DNA of 64,000 bases from an uncultured Porphyrobacter sp. (GCA_964352245.1 CAYGQX010000006.1:7396-71395); one strand, 5' to 3'. Counted from the first letter of the stretch, positions 30,398-40,725 are shown. A program made the numbers and translations. The notes: a model not told the origin generated them from the sequence alone.

Positions 30398-31303
30398 ATG
30401 AAAGAGAAACAAACAATCGCCTTTATTGGGCTTGGCGTGATGGGCGGACCAATGACCGGGCACTTAGCCCGCGCTGGTTATGACGTGCGAGCCTTTAATC
30501 GGTCCCCTGAACGAGTGGAGCATTGGCGCCAGGTTTGGGCAGCCCAGGATCTCGATATTGGCTTTTACAACACGCCTTCAAAAACCGCCCAAAGCGCGGA
30601 CATCGTATTCACTTGTGTTGGCAAAGACGAGGACGTTGTTGAGATAGTGCGTGGCCCCGATGGGGTGTTTAGCGGTATGGGAGAAGGCGCATTGTTGGTC
30701 GATCATACCACAACGTCCGCAGTTCTCGCCCGCGAACTGGCCGACGAATGTGCGGTCCGAAACCTTGACTGGCTCGATGCGCCCGTAAGTGGGGGACAGG
30801 CAGGAGCGGAAAACGGCCAACTCGCGATCATGTGTGGCGGCAGTGATGCCGCGATTGTCCGCGCACATCCCGTTATGAAGTGCTATGCCAAGGCAATCAC
30901 TCATGTCGGCGCGGCTGGCGCTGGCCAAACTGCCAAAATGGCCAACCAGATGTGCATTGCCGGGATCTTGGGCGGTTTGTCAGAAGCAGTGCGATTGGCA
31001 CAAGGCGCCGGACTTGATCTAGAAAGAACGTATCAGGCGATTTGCGGCGGAGCTGCACAAAGCTGGCAGATGGACAATCGCTGGGCAACGATGACAGCAG
31101 ATGAATTTGATTTTGGTTTTGCCATCGACTGGATGCGTAAGGATTTGGGATACGCGCTCGACGAGGCAAAACGATTGGGCTTGTCATCGCCAATCACGGC
31201 GCTAGTCGATCAATTTTATGCTGATGTCCAAGCATCAGGCGGCAACCGTTATGATACCAGTGCGCTTATAACGCGGCTTGCAAAATCGACCACACAGGAC
31301 TGA
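30398..31303 (+). CDS. NAD(P)-dependent oxidoreductase, 3-hydroxyisobutyrate dehydrogenase family
   Basis: FIGLGVMGGPM, LDAPVSGGQAGA, GQTAKMANQ. Confidence 0.9.
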   Translation: MKEKQTIAFIGLGVMGGPMTGHLARAGYDVRAFNRSPERVEHWRQVWAAQDLDIGFYNTPSKTAQSADIVFTCVGKDEDVVEIVRGPDGVFSGMGEGALLVDHTTTSAVLARELADECAVRNLDWLDAPVSGGQAGAENGQLAIMCGGSDAAIVRAHPVMKCYAKAITHVGAAGAGQTAKMANQMCIAGILGGLSEAVRLAQGAGLDLERTYQAICGGAAQSWQMDNRWATMTADEFDFGFAIDWMRKDLGYALDEAKRLGLSSPITALVDQFYADVQASGGNRYDTSALITRLAKSTTQD

Positions 31304-31309
31304 CAAAAC

Positions 31310-32953
31310 ATGCAATCATGGATCCGTGCATCAGCGACAGCGCTTGCGCTCGCAACTTCCGTTCCAGCTCTCGCCGACACCTTGGTCAACAATGTCAATG
31401 GTATCACTGTCGATGAAGAAGGTAAGATCAAGCGGTTCACAGGGATCGTGTTCGATGATGATGGAAAAATAAGACAAGTGCTTGAGCGCGATGCCGAACG
31501 CCCGCGCACTGAATTCAGCGTCGATGCCAAAGGTCAGGTCATGCTTCCGGGCATGATCGATGCGCACGTCCATGTGATGGATATAGGTTTTGCAGCTCTC
31601 ACTCTCGACTTGTCCGATACGACAAGCCTTGAAGGTGCACTCGCCAAAATCAAGCAATTTGCGCAAGACAATCCTGGCCGTCCGTGGATTTTGGGACGTG
31701 GCTGGAATCAGGAAAAGTGGGCATTGGGCCGCTTTCCAACCGCCGCTGAATTGGACGCAATTGTGCCTGATCGCCCGGTATGGCTTGAGCGGGCAGATAA
31801 TCACGCAAATTGGGCCAACAGTGTCGCTATGGAGCGGGCAGGCATCTCTGCCGATACCAAAGATCCTGAAGGCGGGCGAATAATTCGTGATGCTTCTGGC
31901 AATCCCAGCGGTGTTTTCGTGGATAATGCGATCGCACTTGTAAGCGAAAGCGTCCCCAAACCACGTCCTGCAGACCGCGATGCAGCCTTTGCCAAGGCTC
32001 AAGAAGTGCTTTTGTCCAATGGCGTAACAGCTGTCGCGGATATGGGCACGCCGATGGTAGACTGGCAAACGTTCAGACGTGCTGGAGACTTAGGCACGCT
32101 CAATATTCGAATTATGTCCTATGCAGATAGCATTGAGGCAATGGAACTCATCGGTGGCCCGGGGCCATCGCCTTGGCTTTATGAAGACAGACTAAAGCTA
32201 TTGGGCGTAAAACTCTATCTCGATGGAGCATTGGGGTCACGCGGCGCTGTTTTGAAAGAGCCTTATACCGACGCGCCCAATACGCGAGGCCTACCGCTTT
32301 TGACACCTGCACAATTGCGCAATCGTATGAGCCGGGCCGCGCTCGATAACTTTCAAACAGCAATTCACGCCATTGGCGATGCTGCCAATGGCGATGTTCT
32401 TCTGGCTATTGAGGAGCTTGCACAAACCTACGAGGGAGACCGCAGGTGGAGGGTCGAGCATGCTCAAATCGTTGATCCTTCTGACCTTACCAAATTCGGC
32501 CAGTACGGCATCATCGCATCAATGCAGCCTTTGCATCAAACATCCGACCGCGAGATGGCAGAAGCCCGCCTTGGACCTGACCGGTTGGGCGGCGCGTATG
32601 CCTGGCGTAGTGTACTCAAATCAGGTGCACCAATCGCGTTTGGGTCCGATGCTCCTGTAGAACCCGCAGACCCATTCGCTGGAATTGCCGTCGCGATAAG
32701 CCGTGTCGATGAAAACGGAGAACCTTTCGGTGGTTGGCGAGCCCAAGAAACAGTAAGCCGCGAAGATGCATTGCGCGGCTTTACTGCAGATGCGGCCTAT
32801 GCGGGTTTTGCAGAAGGGCGTTTTGGCAGGCTGGTCATTGGAGAACGAGCCGATTTTCTTCTCGTCGACAGAGACCCACTTCTGAGTTCCCCGCAAGAAA
32901 TTCGCAAAACTGAAATCAATCAGGTTTGGATCAATGGGAAGCGTGTGCGATGA
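31310..32953 (+). CDS. Secreted amidohydrolase 3 (YtcJ-like) family protein
   Basis: Signal peptide; PGMIDAHVH, KLYLDGALGSRGA, HAIGD, EHAQ, FGSDAP. Confidence 0.9.
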   Translation: MQSWIRASATALALATSVPALADTLVNNVNGITVDEEGKIKRFTGIVFDDDGKIRQVLERDAERPRTEFSVDAKGQVMLPGMIDAHVHVMDIGFAALTLDLSDTTSLEGALAKIKQFAQDNPGRPWILGRGWNQEKWALGRFPTAAELDAIVPDRPVWLERADNHANWANSVAMERAGISADTKDPEGGRIIRDASGNPSGVFVDNAIALVSESVPKPRPADRDAAFAKAQEVLLSNGVTAVADMGTPMVDWQTFRRAGDLGTLNIRIMSYADSIEAMELIGGPGPSPWLYEDRLKLLGVKLYLDGALGSRGAVLKEPYTDAPNTRGLPLLTPAQLRNRMSRAALDNFQTAIHAIGDAANGDVLLAIEELAQTYEGDRRWRVEHAQIVDPSDLTKFGQYGIIASMQPLHQTSDREMAEARLGPDRLGGAYAWRSVLKSGAPIAFGSDAPVEPADPFAGIAVAISRVDENGEPFGGWRAQETVSREDALRGFTADAAYAGFAEGRFGRLVIGERADFLLVDRDPLLSSPQEIRKTEINQVWINGKRVR

Positions 32954-33141
32954 AGAAGCAAGGATTTTAAAAAGGGCGTTATTCAAGCATACTTCATCTT
33001 CATCGATTGGGCAGAAATTCAGCTCATCTACGCAACACCACGCATGAAAGGGTTTTTGGTAGCCTTGTTCACCTTTTTGTCATACTTTTTGCTCAATGGG
33101 TCACAAACGCATGACTTGAGACACAAGCACAAAGTAGGTTC

Positions 33142-33167
33142 GTGCAATTGGTGCAATTGTGCAACTG
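33142..33167. repeat. Three tandem 9-bp repeats GTGCAA(T/C)TG
   Basis: GTGCAATTG GTGCAATTG (G)TGCAACTG, read directly, about 90 bp upstream of a sigma70-like promoter. Confidence 0.7.
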
Positions 33168-33252
33168 CACAACAAAAAGCTGCCGAACTTACATGTGAAT
33201 TGCTGTCACATCGAACGCGAAACGATTAAAGAATTGAAAACACACCGTCTTT

Positions 33253-33282
33253 TTGACAGCCCTTGAGATGGTGCGTTATAAA
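33253..33282 (+). promoter_or_regulatory. Near-consensus sigma70 promoter for the small gene at 33361
   Basis: TTGACA-N18-TATAAA. Confidence 0.65.
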
Positions 33283-33360
33283 AAAAAGGGTTGTCACAAA
33301 TGTCAGGCAAGTTTATTCGGGCATTGGCAACACAAGAACGATCTCATAGGAGACCACTAA

Positions 33361-33579
33361 ATGAAGATCCGCAATCTCGCTCTGGCGACTGCAGCAGTTT
33401 CACTTGCTGCTTCGCCGGCTATCGCAGAAGCCGCATTTGAGCGTTCGTCCGCACCGGTCGAAGGTGAAAGCGGTCTCGAAGGCTCTGGCATCATCATCGC
33501 TGTTCTCGCAGCTGCTGCTGTCATCGCTGGTATCGTAATCGTCGCTGACGACGATGACGATGAGGCTGTAAGCCCATAA
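33361..33579 (+). CDS. Small protein: signal peptide, TM helix and acidic tail ending in SP
   Basis: Strong RBS AGGAGA; MKIRNLALATAAVSLAASPAIA signal peptide; IIIAVLAAAAVIAGIVIVA TM; DDDDDEAVSP; own promoter and terminator. Confidence 0.85.
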   Translation: MKIRNLALATAAVSLAASPAIAEAAFERSSAPVEGESGLEGSGIIIAVLAAAAVIAGIVIVADDDDDEAVSP

Positions 33580-33600
33580 GGGTTGTCGAGAAATCGATTT

Positions 33601-33630
33601 AAAGAGGCTCCTTTTGGAGCCTCTTTTTTT
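33601..33630. terminator. Bidirectional intrinsic terminator (small gene / tatC)
   Basis: AAAGAGGCTCC-TTTT-GGAGCCTCTTT followed by a T run. Confidence 0.9.
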
Positions 33631-33748
33631 GCCTGCAATCCATTGGATGGCCGCATAGTCTTGGCAGCTATTCTAAGTTCCATATCATGACAATTTTTCC
33701 GGCCCGTCTTTTTCGTACCGATCGAAATTCCGAACCCGCATGACTGTG

Positions 33749-34582
33749 TCAGTCGGAAACAGCTTCTTCGCTCGCATCAGCTGCGCTGCCATTATCCTGC
33801 ATAGGCTCATCAGATTCCTCAACTTTTGGCATACCAGCCTCTTGAAACCGCATAAGGATCAAGGATCCTTCGAACAGCAATAGCAATGGTATTGCGAGGA
33901 TCACCTGACTACCCGGATCAGGCGGCGTCACAATAGCTGCTAGTGCGACCACACCAACGACGACATACCGCCGGGCACCAATCAACTGTTCGCGCGTCAC
34001 AATACCGGCGCGATTGAGCAGCATGAGCAGAACCGGCAATAGAAATGTAATTCCAAAGGCCAGAATAAACTGCATCACAAGATTGAGGTAGTTTCCTGTC
34101 CCCGGCAGCGCTTCGATATCTAGACCACCCACTTCGCCTTCAAAGCCCAAAAACCAACGAAACGCCGTCGGCATAACCACAAAATAGGCCAGTGCAGCCC
34201 CGCCCGTGAACAGCACCGGAGTTGCGATCAGGAATGGTAGGAACGCTTTCTTTTCTTTAGCATAAAGTCCTGGCGCAACAAATGCCCACAATTGGTTCGC
34301 AATGACCGGGAAACTGATGAAAAAGCCAGCGAACAATGCGACTTTAAGCTCCACAAAAAAGGCTTCATAAAGCTGAGTGTAGATCAGTTTGCCCTCGCCT
34401 TGAGGAAAGGCAGCAGTCAATGGCCGGACAAGAAATCCAAAAATCTCATCCGCAAAGTAGAGACATCCAGCGAACGCAATGCCGAGCGCGATTATGGAGC
34501 GCAATAGGCGAGTCCGCAGCTCTATGAGGTGATCTAGAAGCGGTGCACGAGTTTCATCAATGTCATCAACTTTAAGGACCAT
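33749..34582 (-). CDS. tatC: Twin-arginine translocase subunit TatC
   Basis: PLLDHLIELRTRL, QLWAFVAPGLY, TPPDP..Q, E near the C-terminus. Confidence 0.97.
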   Translation of the reverse strand: MVLKVDDIDETRAPLLDHLIELRTRLLRSIIALGIAFAGCLYFADEIFGFLVRPLTAAFPQGEGKLIYTQLYEAFFVELKVALFAGFFISFPVIANQLWAFVAPGLYAKEKKAFLPFLIATPVLFTGGAALAYFVVMPTAFRWFLGFEGEVGGLDIEALPGTGNYLNLVMQFILAFGITFLLPVLLMLLNRAGIVTREQLIGARRYVVVGVVALAAIVTPPDPGSQVILAIPLLLLFEGSLILMRFQEAGMPKVEESDEPMQDNGSAADASEEAVSD

Positions 34583-34590
34583 GGCCGTGC

Positions 34591-34989
34591 CTAATTTTTA
34601 CCTTCCGGCTTTTCAGCCGGGGTTTCGGCAGACTTTGGTCCGGTGTCATTGGTAACGGCATGATCTTGTGATGCGGCCGCACTCGGATCAACCGGCGGAG
34701 CTATTGGCGGTGGCCCCGTCATCACAGGCTCGCCAGCCTTAGCTTCGGCAGAGACGGATGTGCGCTTCATGATTTCCTCGTTTTGCGCCTTCCACTTCTT
34801 CTCCATATCTTCCAGCTCAGCTTCGCGCACCATCGCATCGACACCTGTGCGAAAGTGGGCAGAAACGCGCCGGACTTGGCCAATCCAACGGCCAACCGTG
34901 CGCATTGCAAGGGGCATATCTTTCGGGCCGATCACCAAGACGGCGACTATGATAATGACAAGAATTTCTGCAGCGCCGAGGTCAAACAT
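34591..34989 (-). CDS. tatB: Twin-arginine translocase subunit TatB
   Basis: MFDLGAAEILVIIIVAVLVIGPKDMP. Confidence 0.95.
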   Translation of the reverse strand: MFDLGAAEILVIIIVAVLVIGPKDMPLAMRTVGRWIGQVRRVSAHFRTGVDAMVREAELEDMEKKWKAQNEEIMKRTSVSAEAKAGEPVMTGPPPIAPPVDPSAAASQDHAVTNDTGPKSAETPAEKPEGKN

Positions 34990-35058
34990 GGGAAACGAAG
35001 GCTCTCGCCTTTCCTATCTTTGCAGCAATGCCGGGCAAACCAGCACGCTCGCTAGATG

Positions 35059-35307
35059 TCATTGCGAATTTGTGTTTTCGCCGGTTTTGCTAGGCTCGGA
35101 CGAATTCGCAGACGGGTCAGCAGGCTTCGCCTCTATCTGAGCATTGGAAGCGGGCGTATTCTCGCCTTCAACTTCTTCATTCATACCTTTTTTGAAGCTG
35201 GAGATACCCTTACCGAAATCGCCCATCATTTCAGAAATACGGCCGCGTCCAAACAGGACAAGGATCACCACCGCGATGATTGCGATTTGCCAAACACTAA
35301 GACCCAT
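35059..35307 (-). CDS. tatA: Twin-arginine translocase subunit TatA
   Basis: VILVLFGRGRISEMMGDFGKGISSFKKG. Confidence 0.95.
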   Translation of the reverse strand: MGLSVWQIAIIAVVILVLFGRGRISEMMGDFGKGISSFKKGMNEEVEGENTPASNAQIEAKPADPSANSSEPSKTGENTNSQ

Positions 35308-35382
35308 GGGGTTTCTCTCTCGTTGAAACGACTATTGCTAATATAGGGGCAAAACCCCGGCTATGCCAGTCGTGTTAGCCAA

Positions 35383-36066
35383 TCATGGTTCATTATCGGT
35401 TACTTCGCTTGCTTGATACTCGGATGAGTTGCTTTCACCTGGTCCATTTTCGGAGGGACGCGTGTTATCGCTCATAGCTTCTTCGAAGGCCTCATCAACC
35501 GGATCCAGCAGTCCTGCGGCCCGCAACTCCTCCATTCCAGGTAAGTCTTTGCGAGACGTGAGGCCGAATTGGTCGAGGAAACCCGGCGTTGTCGCATAAA
35601 TTACTGGTCGTCCGGGTACTTCCCGGCGCCCCGCTGGTTTGATCCAGCCGGACTCAAGCAGCACATCAAGCGTCCCCTTTGCGGTTTGCACACCGCGAAT
35701 GCTCTCGATTTCCGCGCGGCTGACAGGTTCGTGATAAGCAATTATCGCCAGCACTTCAGTGGCGGCCCTGCTCAAGCGGCGGACTTGTTCGCGTTCTCGC
35801 CGGAGGAGATGTGCCAAGTCAGGAGCTGTTTCAAAATGCCATCGTTTGCCACGTTCGACGAGGTGAATGCCGCGATCAGAATAATGCTCGGTCAGGCTGC
35901 GCAAACCGTCACGTACTGCGCTGCCTTCAAGCCCACCAAGATGGCTTGCCAAGGCATCAACGCTCAATGGTTCTTCTGCAGCAAACAAGGTGGCCTCAAT
36001 GGCGCGGACGACATCGTCAGCGGGCGCATCTGGCGACTCTTGCTCGATGCTCTGCTCCTCGCTCAC
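35383..36066 (-). CDS. scpB: SMC-Scp complex subunit ScpB
   Basis: AIEATLFAAEEP, LSRAATEVLAIIAYHEPVSRAEIE, GRPVIYATT. Confidence 0.96.
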   Translation of the reverse strand: MSEEQSIEQESPDAPADDVVRAIEATLFAAEEPLSVDALASHLGGLEGSAVRDGLRSLTEHYSDRGIHLVERGKRWHFETAPDLAHLLRREREQVRRLSRAATEVLAIIAYHEPVSRAEIESIRGVQTAKGTLDVLLESGWIKPAGRREVPGRPVIYATTPGFLDQFGLTSRKDLPGMEELRAAGLLDPVDEAFEEAMSDNTRPSENGPGESNSSEYQASEVTDNEP

Positions 36067-36953
36067 GCGGCGCCCCCCTGTTTCAGGCGGCGAATTCTCA
36101 TCGGAGCAAAAGCTGCTTCTTGAGCAATTTCTGCCCGGCCCAATCGCGCCAACTCCAAGGCAGCAACAAAACTGGATGCGAGCGCTGATTTTCGCAATTC
36201 AGGCTCCGCATGGGGTGGAAGAAAATCACGAATATCCATCCATTCAAGCGTCACGCCGAGCATAGCCGAAACGCGGTCCAAAGCGCTATCGAGCGTCATC
36301 ACGGGGCGATCTGCGACATGGTAGATTTTGGGTGCGGTGCGCGCCTTTACCTGACCATAGGCCTGAATGATTGAATACACATCGCTCGTCCAAACGGTCT
36401 TGCGATCTGTCCGAAGCCCTTCAGGAGATCCGCGTAGAAAAACATCGCGTCCTATCCGGTCACGTCCCAATAAACGCGCGGCAGCCTCCCGCATCGCTCC
36501 CAAACGCTGTAGCCGTAATTGAAGGCGCATAGCGAGTTCTTCAGGGCTTGGGTCTTCCTGCTCATCTTTGGGCAGCAGCAAGGCCGATTTTAGATAGGCC
36601 AGCCACGCAGCCATAACGAGATAATCGGCTGCGAGTTCAAGGCGCAGACTTTCAGCCTGCTCAATGTAGCCAAGATATTGATCGACAAGTGCGAGGATTG
36701 AAATTTGCCTGAGATCAACCTTTTGCCGCCGCGCAAGATCGAGCAGAAGGTCGAGCGGCCCTTCCCACCCGTCAAGCTCAAGATAAAGCTTTTCGTTCGG
36801 TTCATTCGCAGAATCTGACGCCGACTGGTCAACAAGGGCATCACCCTTTTCATCATCTGGCCACGCCATTACCGGCAACTTGGAGTCTGCCCCGGTATCA
36901 CGGTCGGCCTCGATCAGCTCTTCTTGAGCGCCCGTGCTATTTGCCGCGCTCAT
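36063..36953 (-). CDS. scpA: Segregation/condensation protein ScpA
   Basis: EGPLDLLLDLARRQKVD, AADYLVMAAWLAYLKS, SSFVAALEL. Confidence 0.96.
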   Translation of the reverse strand: MSAANSTGAQEELIEADRDTGADSKLPVMAWPDDEKGDALVDQSASDSANEPNEKLYLELDGWEGPLDLLLDLARRQKVDLRQISILALVDQYLGYIEQAESLRLELAADYLVMAAWLAYLKSALLLPKDEQEDPSPEELAMRLQLRLQRLGAMREAAARLLGRDRIGRDVFLRGSPEGLRTDRKTVWTSDVYSIIQAYGQVKARTAPKIYHVADRPVMTLDSALDRVSAMLGVTLEWMDIRDFLPPHAEPELRKSALASSFVAALELARLGRAEIAQEAAFAPMRIRRLKQGGAA

Positions 36954-37972
36954 GCTGCCTGTCCCACCAAGGCGAGCAGCGCATCGCGCTTGGCCAACAA
37001 TTCACCATGCTCATCGGGCATCGCATTCGCAACAATCGTGCCGTCTAGCGCGCGATCCAGCCGCGCTTTGGCTTTGTTACCTATCGTTGGCAACACTTCG
37101 CAAATGCCGATCATATCATCCATCTTCGCCCAACAATTCAGCACGATATCACAGCCTGCGGCATAAGCCCGGGCTGATCTTTCGGGGATTGTGTCGGTCA
37201 AAGCTTCCATATCGATATCGTCGGTTAAGAGCAGGCCATCGAAACCGATCTCACCGCGGATAATGTCGCGAATGACCGTTTCTGACAAAGTGGCGGGATT
37301 GTCGCTATCCCATACCGGAAACAACAAATGCCCTGTCATTCCGATCAACGCATGGTTGAGCGCACGAAAAGGCGCAATGTCGGCTTCCAGCTCTTGCGCG
37401 CTTTCATTGACGGTCGGCATTTCTTTATGAGTATCAACCATACTGCGACCGTGCCCCGGCATATGCTTTACGCAACCAGTGACACCGCCTTGCGCCAGTC
37501 CTTCAAGGATGACACGGCCCAATGCAGCGATTTGCATCGGATCAGAACCAAACGCGCGATCTCCTATAACATCATGCGTGCCCGGCTGGCGCAAGTCGAG
37601 CGGCGGATGGTAATCCACCGTGATGCCCATGGCGGACAATTCAAGCGCCATCGCATGGGCATTCACACGGGCCGCTTCCATAGCGCTAGCAGGTGCGAGG
37701 TTATACAGATCAGAAAATGCCTCGCCCGCCGGATAAGCAGACCAATGCGGTGGGCGAAGACGGGCCACTCGGCCGCCTTCCTGGTCAATTGAGATCAAAA
37801 GCCGGTCGCGCCCGTGAAGCGCGCGCAATTCATCTGTGAGGCTGCGCAATTGTTCGCGATTGCCGCAATTGCGCCCAAACAGGATGTAGCCCGCTGGATC
37901 AGCATCACGAAAGAAATCGCGCTCATCGGCCGTCAAAGTGTGGCCAGAACATCCAAAAATTGCCGGAACCAT
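36950..37972 (-). CDS. nagZ: Beta-N-acetylhexosaminidase (GH3)
   Basis: IDQEGGRVARL, KHMPGHG, TDDIDMEAL. Confidence 0.95.
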   Translation of the reverse strand: MVPAIFGCSGHTLTADERDFFRDADPAGYILFGRNCGNREQLRSLTDELRALHGRDRLLISIDQEGGRVARLRPPHWSAYPAGEAFSDLYNLAPASAMEAARVNAHAMALELSAMGITVDYHPPLDLRQPGTHDVIGDRAFGSDPMQIAALGRVILEGLAQGGVTGCVKHMPGHGRSMVDTHKEMPTVNESAQELEADIAPFRALNHALIGMTGHLLFPVWDSDNPATLSETVIRDIIRGEIGFDGLLLTDDIDMEALTDTIPERSARAYAAGCDIVLNCWAKMDDMIGICEVLPTIGNKAKARLDRALDGTIVANAMPDEHGELLAKRDALLALVGQAA

Positions 37973-38078
37973 TTGTGCAGCCTTGCAGCAAGGGGGCAGT
38001 CAGGCAAGCGGGCTAATGCTCCACTGTGGGGAAAAATCCATGCATTCTCGGTCAAGAGTGCGCTGAGGCGTTCTCACA

Positions 38079-38828
38079 TCACGGCTTTACAGCACACTCT
38101 AGGCCGTCAGCTTTGATAGCCTCGCACAGACTGGAAGCTTCCGCGCGGCTGGATGCAGGCACCTGTAGGCGAAAGACCTTGCCGATATCCACGTTGGCCT
38201 CGACAATGCGATACCTCTTCCCGCTCAGTGTCTCGCTGCTGCGGCTCAAATCCCGCCAGCCCTGCTCGGCTCTTGCGCGATTCCCATAAGCAGCCAGTTG
38301 GACAGCAAAACCGCCCCTGCTCGCTGAATCGGCGGCATTCGCCCCTTCAGCAGAGCCAGTCGAGGCGCTTTCAGTTGTTTGGGTGTTGATCGCAGGGCGT
38401 GATGCATCCGTTTTACCACTCTGAGCGCCGGCCCCATCGGAGCCATCGGCCATTTGACCATCGCGAACTTCACCTTCGCCCACCGCTGGAGCCAAATTAC
38501 CAGTTCCTTCAAACTCTTTGCCGCCAGGGTTTTCGGGTTTTTCTTTGATGGGACCAGAAGGCGCAGCAATTGTGCTGCCGTCTGCAACGGGTTCGCTCCC
38601 GCCATCACCCTTGGTGAAATACCAGACTGCCAAGATCAAAGCTGCCGCAATGGCAAGCAGCACCGCGAGAAATGTCATTACCTGAATGCTATCGATCCCG
38701 CCTGCTGCGGTATCTTCTTCGTCGGATTCGAGCCAAGGCAGGCTCTCATCAGCGGTTAAGTTCAGCTCTTGTTCGGTCACCACGATATCCTCACTTGGAA
38801 TCTCTTCAAATTCCGCATCCACTACCAT
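38079..38828 (-). CDS. SPOR domain-containing membrane protein (FtsN-like position)
   Basis: LPWLE motif, single TM, disordered linker, C-terminal VQLAAY...W..L...FRL...C...C SPOR fold; follows argS. Confidence 0.88.
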   Translation of the reverse strand: MVVDAEFEEIPSEDIVVTEQELNLTADESLPWLESDEEDTAAGGIDSIQVMTFLAVLLAIAAALILAVWYFTKGDGGSEPVADGSTIAAPSGPIKEKPENPGGKEFEGTGNLAPAVGEGEVRDGQMADGSDGAGAQSGKTDASRPAINTQTTESASTGSAEGANAADSASRGGFAVQLAAYGNRARAEQGWRDLSRSSETLSGKRYRIVEANVDIGKVFRLQVPASSRAEASSLCEAIKADGLECAVKP

Positions 38829-38891
38829 TGTCTTTGCGCCCTCCCCCGAACGGCACTCAGCACGGTCTAGACGGTTGAAGGCCCCAAGCGG

Positions 38892-40637
38892 CTACATCGC
38901 TTCTACGGCATCCACGCCTAACACAGCTAACCCATTACGGATCACTTGCCCTATCGCTTGGCCTAGGAAAAGCCTTGCGCCCGACAATCCCACATCCTGT
39001 TCCAGCTTGAACCGCTTTTCAGGTTGTTTGTTACCCATTGTATAAAATGAGTGGAGCTCAGATGCCAGATCATAGAGGTAAAAAGCGATTCTATGGGGCT
39101 CGCGCGCCTTGGCGGCGGCTTCTATTTCGCGCGGGAATTGAGCAGCGCGCTTGATAAGCGCCAGCTCTTCGGTGCCCAACCGCGAAATTTCGGCGGAATC
39201 AGGCAATATCTTCTCTTCTGCAGATTTGATCACCGTCCGATTTAGCCGAGCATGCGCATATTGGACGTAAAAGACGGGATTGTCCTTGGATTGCTCCACG
39301 ACTTTGGCGAAATCGAAATCCATTTGCGCCTCGGGCTTTCGTGTCAGCATAGTGAAGCGCACAACATCCTTGCCCACTTCCTGAATCATGTCAGCGATGG
39401 TGATGAAATTGCCTGAACGCTTGGACATTTTCACAGGTGCACCGCCGCGCATCAATTGCACCATCTGGACAAGCTTGACATCGAACGGGGTGGGTTTGCC
39501 CTTACCTTCAGACAAAGCGGCAACCGCGGCCTTGATCCGTTTTACAGTGCCCGCGTGATCCGCACCCCAAATGTCAATCAATTCATCTGCATTTTCAGCC
39601 TTTTGCATATGATAAGCGAGATCGGCTCCGAAGTAAGTCCATGCACCATCCGATTTCTTGATTGGCCGGTCTTGATCGTCTCCATACCTGGTAGAGCGGA
39701 ACAGAGGCAGCTCCACTGGCTCCCAGTCCTCTGGCGGAGCCTTGCCTTTTGGCGCTTCCAAGACGCCGTCGTAGACAAGGTCATGCTGGCGAAGCCAGAC
39801 TTCGGCCTCGTCCGGCTTACCGGCGGCATGAAGTGCGGCCTCTGACGAAAACACATCGTGATGAATGCCGAGCAGCGCGAGGTCTGACCGGATCAGTTCC
39901 ATCATCCGTGCAACTGCCTCTGTCCGAAAAATCGGGAGCCAATCTTGTTCTGAAGCATCCTGGTACCGGTCGCCCAGTTCTTTCGCCAATGCCTTACCAA
40001 CAGGAATTAGATAATCGCCCGGATACAGCCCTTCGGGAATTGCCCCCACGTCCTCGCCAAGCGCTTCACGATAACGGATATACGCGGACCGAGCGAGCAC
40101 ATCGACCTGTCCGCCTGCATCGTTGATATAGTATTCGCGAACCACATCATGGCCTGCAAATTCGAGAAGGCTCGACAAGGCATCTCCAACCACGGCGCCG
40201 CGGCAATGCCCCATGTGCATAGGCCCTGTAGGGTTCGCTGAGACATACTCAACGTTCACCCTGGTATCTGCGCCCATTGTGGAGCGGCCATAGGCATCAC
40301 CAAGAGCATGGATCAGCCTCAACTCTTCAAGCCACGCCGATGCATCAAGCCGCAAATTTATAAAGCCAGGCCCTGCGATTTCCGCACTGGTGATCGCCTG
40401 ATGATCGACAAGCTTTGCTGTAATCTTCTCTGCCAATGCCCGCGGATTTGTCTTTGCCTGCTTTGCAAGAACCATCGCGGCATTGGTCGCCAAATCACCA
40501 TGAGAAGGATCACGCGGCGGCTCCACCGCCACGTTCTTGAAAGATGTATTCGAAGGCAAGATGCCGTCATCAACAAGAGCGCTTAAAGCGTTTTCGACTG
40601 TGCCAGCAAAAGTGGCATATAGAGTTTGATTTGACAT
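38892..40637 (-). CDS. argS: Arginine--tRNA ligase
   Basis: VEYVSANPTGPMHMGH, WGADH.G, KMSKRSG, PVFYVQYAHAR; ATG at 40637. Confidence 0.98.
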   Translation of the reverse strand: MSNQTLYATFAGTVENALSALVDDGILPSNTSFKNVAVEPPRDPSHGDLATNAAMVLAKQAKTNPRALAEKITAKLVDHQAITSAEIAGPGFINLRLDASAWLEELRLIHALGDAYGRSTMGADTRVNVEYVSANPTGPMHMGHCRGAVVGDALSSLLEFAGHDVVREYYINDAGGQVDVLARSAYIRYREALGEDVGAIPEGLYPGDYLIPVGKALAKELGDRYQDASEQDWLPIFRTEAVARMMELIRSDLALLGIHHDVFSSEAALHAAGKPDEAEVWLRQHDLVYDGVLEAPKGKAPPEDWEPVELPLFRSTRYGDDQDRPIKKSDGAWTYFGADLAYHMQKAENADELIDIWGADHAGTVKRIKAAVAALSEGKGKPTPFDVKLVQMVQLMRGGAPVKMSKRSGNFITIADMIQEVGKDVVRFTMLTRKPEAQMDFDFAKVVEQSKDNPVFYVQYAHARLNRTVIKSAEEKILPDSAEISRLGTEELALIKRAAQFPREIEAAAKAREPHRIAFYLYDLASELHSFYTMGNKQPEKRFKLEQDVGLSGARLFLGQAIGQVIRNGLAVLGVDAVEAM

Positions 40638-40725
40638 AAATACCTGCGCGCTCCCGCCAAGACGGGAGCTTTTGAGAAGTAGCCCCCTGCCTTCGCGGGG
40701 ACTCACAAGTTTTTCAAGAGCGCTG

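Noticed and set aside
32954-33240. 61-aa ORF 33044-33229, or an sRNA/riboswitch, in the long intergenic region
   Set aside because: No RBS, recognisable RNA family signature or terminator; treated as promoter DNA
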